Positions 56,886-64,000 of a stretch of 64,000 nt of DNA are shown in pieces (the first letter of the stretch is position 1; each line of letters opens with the position of its first letter). Origin of the DNA: Macrostomum hystrix (lineage: Eukaryota > Animalia > Platyhelminthes). The stretch lies in the NCBI GenBank assembly GCA_950097015.1, contig CATNEN010000025.1, positions 5,642,001 to 5,706,000 of the forward strand. The letters are read 5' to 3'. The translations under genes were made by a program, and so were the position numbers. A model generated the notes under the pieces. That model was not told the origin of the DNA. It ran no database searches and saw only the letters and a program-made list of their open reading frames with translations.

Positions 56886-59800
56886 ATGGATCTTAATCAG
56901 CCACAAGAAGTTGGTGTTACTGAAGCGGTGACATCATTGCCACCTCTATCAACCGCACAATTATCATCCTCATGTCCTAATTTAATTTTGTGTCTAGACA
57001 ATGCTACAGTCGGTTGTGATGGTAGTGTTGACTGTCCTAAACGAAAAAGGCGACAATCTGTAGGTGATGGCAATGCTTCTGGGCAGCCTATATTTGGTAA
57101 GCTGAACTCAAAATTCATTCTTACAATAATAGTTCCATCTATACTTAATACTTATGCCTTAATCGGTCATTTGGTTTGGGAGCTATCGTGAAGTAGGCTT
57201 TCTCCAGGGAGAAAATAGTGTGATCTTTCTACTGTTAAGGCCTATAAGTCTATTTGTAACTAACTACATTGTACTGCTTTTAACTGGAGAATTTCAAATG
57301 GAGTATAGAAATTTTAAAGTTAAGTTTCACCCTGAACCGATTGACTCCTAAACTGCATATATCTCTTATGCACTAGTCCAGAGAATAGGTGTTTAGCGTG
57401 GAGTTGTCTCCCCAGTTTCTAGATTCAGAGCTTTGCCCGCCTCGCTGCCACCCCGATTCTCCGCTAGTTGCCGCAGCCACCGCAGCCCGCTGCCAGATGT
57501 GTCAGAGCTGGCGCTCCGAGGTTCGACGCCTCCGCGCCGCCCAGCGCCAAGCCGAAGCCGCCGCAGCGGCCGAAGCTGCCAGTCGTCAGCGCGAAGCCAA
57601 TCGGGCAGCTGAACTAGCCGACGCTCTGGAACGCTTAGACACCGCGTGTCGTCGTTCCGACGCTGCTCACGTTGAAAAACTCGACGATCTCAGCAAGCAG
57701 CTGTCCGAGGCGTCTGGCCGAGTAAATCAGCTGCGCGACCGCCTGGAATCCTGCCGCTCCAGCCTCGGCGATCAGCTCTCCTGCCTAATTCGCGATCGAG
57801 ACCAGCTGCAGGACGGCATCGACCAGCTGCAGGGCTGGTACGACGACCTTCTGGCAGCCGGGCGCGACTCGGCCGACAGCCTACGACAGGACCTGCTGGA
57901 GGGCATTCCGGCAGCGGCAGACGAGTTGCAGGCCAGTTACATGTTCTCTTCGGTTTAAATCCCCCTATAATAATAGTAATATTAATAAGAATCATTGATT
58001 ACACCTGCCCCAATTGGGCCCGATATGCAGGCGAAAGCACAGTCTCAGCTATTGCGCAGCGCATCTGAGGGCTGTGTACGGCTGTTCAGTCCATGGACTG
58101 GGGAGACGTACCCTCAATTACTCCAGCTAATGCTGGTATACCCGTTTAACAGCTTTGTGAACTGAAGCAATGCAGAGTTAAGTCTCTTGCTAAAAGACAC
58201 AAATAGTTTCAGCAGAGTCGGGAATCGAACCCCCGACCTTTAAATCGTGATTCCGACGCTTTAACCACCTGGCTACAACCTCTTATGTAAGGTATTAAAC
58301 TTACAGTATTGAATATATCCCTATACAGTTAAGTTAATCCCATCTGAAGATATCCCATAGAATCAGCTTATTCCTGTCCTTATTTTATGTTATATTTTTG
58401 CTGAATATATTTTTCGCGCCTTACTATGAGTAGGATAATAAGGACGTTAACAATTTAATTTTCCGTATTCGCCAACTGCAGGTCCTAGTGCTAAAGTTGA
58501 AGGAGGATCTCATTGCCGAGCGCGTCACCCGGGAGCACCTGGAGCGCCGCTATCAATCCGAGGCTGAGTTCGAGCGCCGTAAACTGCTCAGCGAATCCGA
58601 GCAGCTGCGCCAGACCGAAGAGTGCCTACAGACCGAGACGGACAGATGCGACCGGCTCCGCTCCGAGCTGGCCAGGGAGCGCGGCGCCAAGGAGGCGGCC
58701 CAGGCCCAGCTGGCCAACCTGCAGGAGAAGTCGCGCGAGGTGGCCGCCAACCTGAGGTCAAGCGAGGCCGAGCTCAAGGCCAGGGCGGGCCGGCTTGAGG
58801 CCGACAATGCGGAGCTGCGGCACCGGGTTACCTGCCTGCAGGTGGGTTTGGGATGGCAGAATGCTCGAGTGGGGAATGGGATAATTCTGGAGTGGGGAAT
58901 GGAATAATGCTAATGTGGGGAATGGGATAATGCTAGTGTATGGGGAATGGGATAATGCTAGTGTATGGGGAATGGGATAATGCTAATGTGGGGAATGGGA
59001 TAATGCTAGTGTATGGGGAATGGGATAACGCTAGTGTATGGGGAATGGGATAATGCTAGTGTATGGGGAATGGGATAATGCTAATGTGGGGAATGGGATA
59101 ATGCTAGTGTATGGGGAATGGGATAATGCTAGTGTATGGGGAATGGAATAATGCTAATGTGGGGAATGGGATAATGCTAGTGTATGGGGAATGGGATAAT
59201 ACTGGTGTGGGGAATGGGATAATGCTACAGAGGGGAATGATAATATTCTTTCGCTGAGGAAAGGATTGTAGAGGTGTGGGGAATGGGATAATGCTGGTGT
59301 GGGGAATAGGATAATTCTGGAGTGGGGAATGGGATAATGCTGGTGTGGGAAATGGGATAATTCTGGAGTGGAGAATGGGATAATTCTGGAGTGGGGAATG
59401 GGATAATGCTGGTGTGGGAAATGGGATAATTCTGGAGTGGAGAATGGGATAATTCTGGAGTGGGGAATGGGATAATGCTGGAGTGGGGAATGGGATAATT
59501 CTGGAGTGGGGAATGGAATAATGCTAATGTGGGGAATGGGATAATGCTAGTGTATGGGGAATGGGATAATACTGGTATGGGGAATGGGATAATGCTGGTG
59601 TGGGGAATGGGATAATACTGGTGTGGGGAATGGGATAATGCTGCAGAGGGGAATGATAATATTCTTTCGCTGAGGAAAGGATTGTAGAGGTGTAGGGAAT
59701 TGAAAATTTCCGTCATTGGGAATAGAAAAAAAAAGATTTTAGGATATAGAAATAGTGCAAATGATGGGAATAGAATATTGCTGGTGTGGGAATAAAAAGT

Positions 59801-60249
59801 AACGATTTTATAAGTAGGATAACGCTGTTGCTTCGATTATTGTCTGCGTATAGCAATTGAATGGGCAGATTCTGCTAAATCGCATCCTCTATACTCCACT
59901 ATGACTTTAGACTGAGCTGCAGAACTCCGAGAGCGTCCAGAAGGACTTCGTCGAATTGTCCCAATCGCTGCAGGTGCAGCTGGAGAATCTGCGCCTGCAG
60001 GAGAGCCAGGTCCGCTGGCAGTTCCTGGAGGACGCGGCCAATTGCGGCGCCTGCAACCGGCCGCTCAGCCTGTCTGTGAAGCCCCGGCGCTGCCTGCACT
60101 GCGTGAAACTGTTCTGCCACGACTGCACATCCAAGACTGTCAGTTCCGGGCCTAAACAGCGGCTGGCTAATGTCTGCGAGTTCTGTCACACCCTGGTTGT
60201 CAAGGACGCTGTACCGTATTTCAGTGTTCGGGCCCCGCCTCAGAAGTAG
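56886..60249 (+). CDS. RABEP1: Rabaptin-5 (Rab GTPase-binding effector) with C-terminal FYVE-type zinc finger; join(56886..57096,57423..57931,58482..58841,59911..60249)
   Basis: Coiled coils with IP..ADELQ|VLVLKLKEDLI and LQ|TELQNSESVQKDFVELSQSLQVQLENLR, matching the Rabaptin-5 C-terminal Rab5-binding region. These are followed by CGAC...CLHC..LFCHDC...VCEFC. Confidence 0.85.
57975..58282 (-). mobile_element. SINE family 1, copy 4 (best preserved; Rabaptin-5 intron 2)
   Basis: Reverse complement: gtagccaggtggttaaagcg (A-box) ... ggttcgattccc (B-box) ... ttgtgtcttttagcaagagacttaac ... agtccatggactgaacagccgtacacag ... AT-rich tail. Confidence 0.85.
58862..59705. repeat. Minisatellite, ~23-25-bp unit ggggaatgggataatgctagtgtat, Rabaptin-5 intron 3
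   Basis: Starts ~20 nt after donor 58842; includes a ~416-bp higher-order duplication. Confidence 0.97.
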
Positions 60250-60284
60250 AAAGCTGATAATTTTGCCCATTCTAGATCATCTAG

Positions 60285-60710
60285 CATCACAGCAATCACC
60301 TTAGCAACAAAGTACATCACCTTAGCAACAAAGTACATTACCTTAGCAACAAAGTACATCACCTTAGCAACAAAGTACATTACCTTAGCAACAAAGTTCA
60401 TCACCTTAGCAACAAAGTACATCTCCTTAGCAACAAATTTCATCACCTTAGCAACAATGTGCTTCACCTTAGCAACAATGTGCTTCACCTTAGCAACAAT
60501 GTGCTTCACCTTAGCAACAAAGTACATCACCTTAGCAACCAATTACACCACCTTAGCAACAAAGTTCATCACCTTGGCAACAAAGTACATTACCTTAGCA
60601 ACAAAGTACATCACCTTAGCAACAAAGTTCATCACCTTAGCAACAATGTGCTTCACCTTAGCGATAATGTGCATCACCTTAGCAACAAAGTACATCTCCT
60701 TAGCAACAGT
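60285..60710. repeat. Minisatellite, 21-bp unit catcaccttagcaacaaagta, Rabaptin-5 3' flank
   Basis: Starts ~36 nt after stop 60249. Confidence 0.97.
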
Positions 60711-61573
60711 ATTCATACCATTATAACGGAATACCCCAACTTTGGCAACGGGTATCACTGGTAGCAACAAAGATAAGCAGCAGTGTAACAAACTTACTAC
60801 CGTATTAATAGCAGTGTTCTATATCTGTCTAGTTTTGTGTTATAGCTAGAATAGCATTCCATAAGGTAACGTGCACAAGTAATATTTGAGTGTCCACTAT
60901 GAGCCTGCATTCGCATACTTTTGAATCTACGAGTTTGCTGCTTATTTTTCATTTGTGATTTTTTCTGCATTTTTTCTTCTGACCAGATGCAAAAAATTCA
61001 TGACCGTATCTATATGCCCTCTTCAACTTTGTTGCACACAGTTTTTTAATTATATCCAGATTTATTTATCTTAACAATTTAGTCTATTTAAATTTGTACT
61101 TTGCTTTCAACTCTACTCATAGTAGTTTTATTGCTTACACTCGCATAAACTTGTTTGCTACTTCTTATTTCTCTCTTGTGTCAGTGGCGTGTGAAAGTAA
61201 CAAATTTAGCCCTTAGCAATTTTCTAGATTTTTTACTTCAATGTTGTGCTCAAATATGGTTTGCACTGAATTTCGCGCACAGAAGTGTCTCCTTGCAACG
61301 GATCTTAATTGTCTTAGCATCGAGAATTATATGCATTATGTTATCACTTCGAGCGATGTCTTGTCGTTCTTAGCACGCCACAGTATTGTTATCGTCTTTT
61401 ATATTAGCTTTTTTGTACACAATTGTACCACGCGTTAGTAAACAAGGGCAGGTGTAAATCACAGCCTTTTTATGTATTTTTTTCCTATGAATAAATATTC
61501 TTCATGCTATTACAAATACAAAACTGTTTTTATCTTTTCATTGTTAAGCGCTACTTCGCATAGGAGTACGTTA

Positions 61574-64000
61574 GAATTATCTCTTATTACAATTTTATGT
61601 CTTGTGCTTCGTGTCGGATTTGATTGAAAATCTTTTCCTGATTCTTAAGCTCTTCTTTAGCTTCGCCTCCGATGAGGTTTCAACCAAGATGAACTTTCGC
61701 CTGACCTGAACTTTCGCCTCCCAGGGATCTTCAACCACTTGTACCTCGGGGAGAGACAGGAGATAGATACGACTGGGAGAGCAGAGTGGTTACACTAAAT
61801 AGACAGATATGACAGGGAAGCGATGAGACACGGGAGAGATAAGAAATGGGAGAGATGAGACACGGGAAAGATAAGATATGGGAGAGATGAGACACGGGAG
61901 AGATGAGACAGGGGAGAGATGAGACATGGAAGAGATAAGACACGAGAAAGATGAGACATGGAAGAGATGAGACACGGAAGAGATGAGACATGGAAGAGAT
62001 GAGACATGGAAGAGATGAGACACGGGAGAAATGAGACAGGGATGCGACAAGACAAAAAAGAGATAAGACATGGAAGAGATGTGACACGGGAGAGATGGAA
62101 CATGGAAGAGATGAGACATGGAAGAGATGAAACACGGGAGAGATAAGACATGGAAGAGATGAGACGCGGGAAAGATAAGATATGGAAGAGATGTGACACG
62201 GGAGAGATGGAACATGGAAGAGATGAGACATGGAAGAGATGAAACACGGGAGAGATAAGACATGGAAGAGATGAGACGCGGGAAAGTCCATCTCTCATGG
62301 AAGAGATGAGACATGGAAAAGATAAGACACGGGAGAGATGAGACATGGAAGAGATAAGACACGGGAAAGATGAGACATGAAAGAGATGAAACACGGGAGA
62401 AATGAGACAGGGGAGAGATGAGACACGGGAGAGATGAGACATGGAAGTGATGAGACACGGGAGAGATGAGACAGGGGAGAGATGAGACAGGGGAGAGATG
62501 AGACACGGAAGAGATGAGACACGGGAGAGATAAGACATGGAAGAGATAAGACATGGAAGAGATGAGACACGGGAGAAATGAGACAGGGATGCGACAAGAC
62601 AAAAAAGAGATAAGGCATGGAAGAGATGTGACTCGGGAGAGATATGACAGGGAAGAGATGAGACACGAGATAGATGGAACATGGAAGAGATGAGACATGG
62701 AAGAGATGAGACACGGGAGAGATGAGACACGGGAGAGACGGAACATGGAAAAGATGAGACATGGAAGAGATGAGACAGGGGAGAGATGGAACATGGAAGA
62801 GATGAGACATGGACGAGATGAGACACGGGAGAGATGAGACATGGAAGAGATGAGACGCGGAAAAGATGAGACATGGAAGAGATGTGACTCGGGAGAGATA
62901 TGACAGGGAAGAGATGAGACACGAGATAGATGGAACATGGAAGATATGAGACATGGAAGAGATGAGACACGGGAGAGATGAGACACGGGAGAGATAAGAC
63001 ATGGAAGAGATGAGACACGGGAGAGATGAGACACGGGAATTATCTCTTATTACAATTTTATGTCTTGTGCTTCGTGTCGGATTTGATTGAAAATCTTTTC
63101 CTGATTCTTAAGCTCTTCTTTAGCTTCGCCTCCGATGAGGTTTCAACCAAGATGAACTTTCGCCTGACCTGAACTTTCGCCTCCCAGGGATCTTCAACCA
63201 CTTGTACCTCGGGGAGAGACAGGAGATAGATACGACTGGGAGAGCAGAGTGGTTACACTAAATAGACAGATATGACAGGGAAGCGATGAGACACGGGAGA
63301 GATAAGAAATGGGAGAGATGAGACACGGGAAAGATAAGATATGGGAGAGATGAGACACGGGAGAGATGAGACAGGGGAGAGATGAGACATGGAAGAGATA
63401 AGACACGAGAAAGATGAGACATGGAAGAGATGTGACACGGGAGAGATGGAACATGGAAGAGATGAGACATGGAAGAGATGAAACACGGGAGAGATAAGAC
63501 ATGGAAGAGATGAGACGCGGGAAAGTCCATCTCTCATGGAAGAGATGAGACATGGAAAAGATAAGACACGGGAGAGATGAGACATGGAAGAGATAAGACA
63601 CGGGAAAGATGAGACATGGAAGAGATGAAACACGGGAGAAATGAGACAGGGGAGAGATGAGACACGGGAGAGATGAGACATGGAAGTGATGAGACACGGG
63701 AGAGATGAGACAGGGGAGAGATGAGACAGGGTAGAGATGAGACACGGAAGAGATGAGACACGGGAGAGATAAGACATGAAAGAGATAAGACATGGAAGAG
63801 ATGAGACACGGGAGAAATGAGACAGGGATGCGACAAGACAAAAAAGAGATAAGACATGGAAGAGATGTGACTCGGGAGAGATATGACAGGGAAGAGATGA
63901 GACACGAGATAGATGGAACATGGAAGAGATGAGACATGGAAGAGATGAGACACGGGAGAGATGAGACACGGGAGAGATAAGACATGGAAGAGATGAGACA
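61574..64000. repeat. ~1463-bp tandem duplication: ~240 bp unique sequence plus a 16-bp minisatellite (gagatgagacatggaa/gagatgagacacggga)
   Basis: gaattatctcttattac... occurs at 61574 and again at 63037; the first ~390 bp look identical, and the arrays differ in module order. Confidence 0.92.

Noticed and set aside
58200-58282. Possible tRNA gene (also 6320-6380 and 9740-9800)
   Set aside because: A/B boxes are present, but I could not build a proper cloverleaf, and each continues into a shared repeat body, so these are SINE heads.
61731-63985. Minus-strand ORFs up to 414 aa (SHLFHVSSLPCLI)
   Set aside because: Translation of the 16-bp array in all three frames.

Overview
Eukaryotic (metazoan) genomic DNA, not prokaryotic. 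It has GC-rich, CAG/GCC-repeat-rich exons, AT-rich GT-AG introns and very dense minisatellites. This style resembles the flatworm Macrostomum (inference only, not verifiable here). Genes I could reconstruct by hand from splice signals, frame continuity and recalled family motifs: 3' end of an amidase (+); two tandem SLC22/MFS transporter paralogues (+); MYRF (-) head-to-head with COMMD5 (+); a motif-degenerate NAXD/CARKD (+); RMC1/C18orf8 (+); a METTL7-like methyltransferase (+); CKS1 (-) head-to-head with a TTLL6/13-like tubulin polyglutamylase (+); and a Rabaptin-5 with C-terminal FYVE (+). The window ends in a ~1.46 kb tandem duplication. Most long ORFs in the supplied track are read-throughs of about 30 distinct minisatellite arrays. 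Leading leads: (1) many introns and several stop codons are abutted by a private minisatellite starting about 0-75 nt from the exon edge, with related units recurring in different introns; (2) a ~140-nt GC-rich element present twice (20.06 kb and 55.25 kb) with compensatory base-pair changes and an upstream TATA-like box, a candidate unannotated structured ncRNA; (3) NAXD with the GxGD Asp replaced by Ala; (4) a tRNA-headed CORE-like SINE family carrying a 12-bp palindrome; (5) a probable GC-AG intron in Rabaptin-5.
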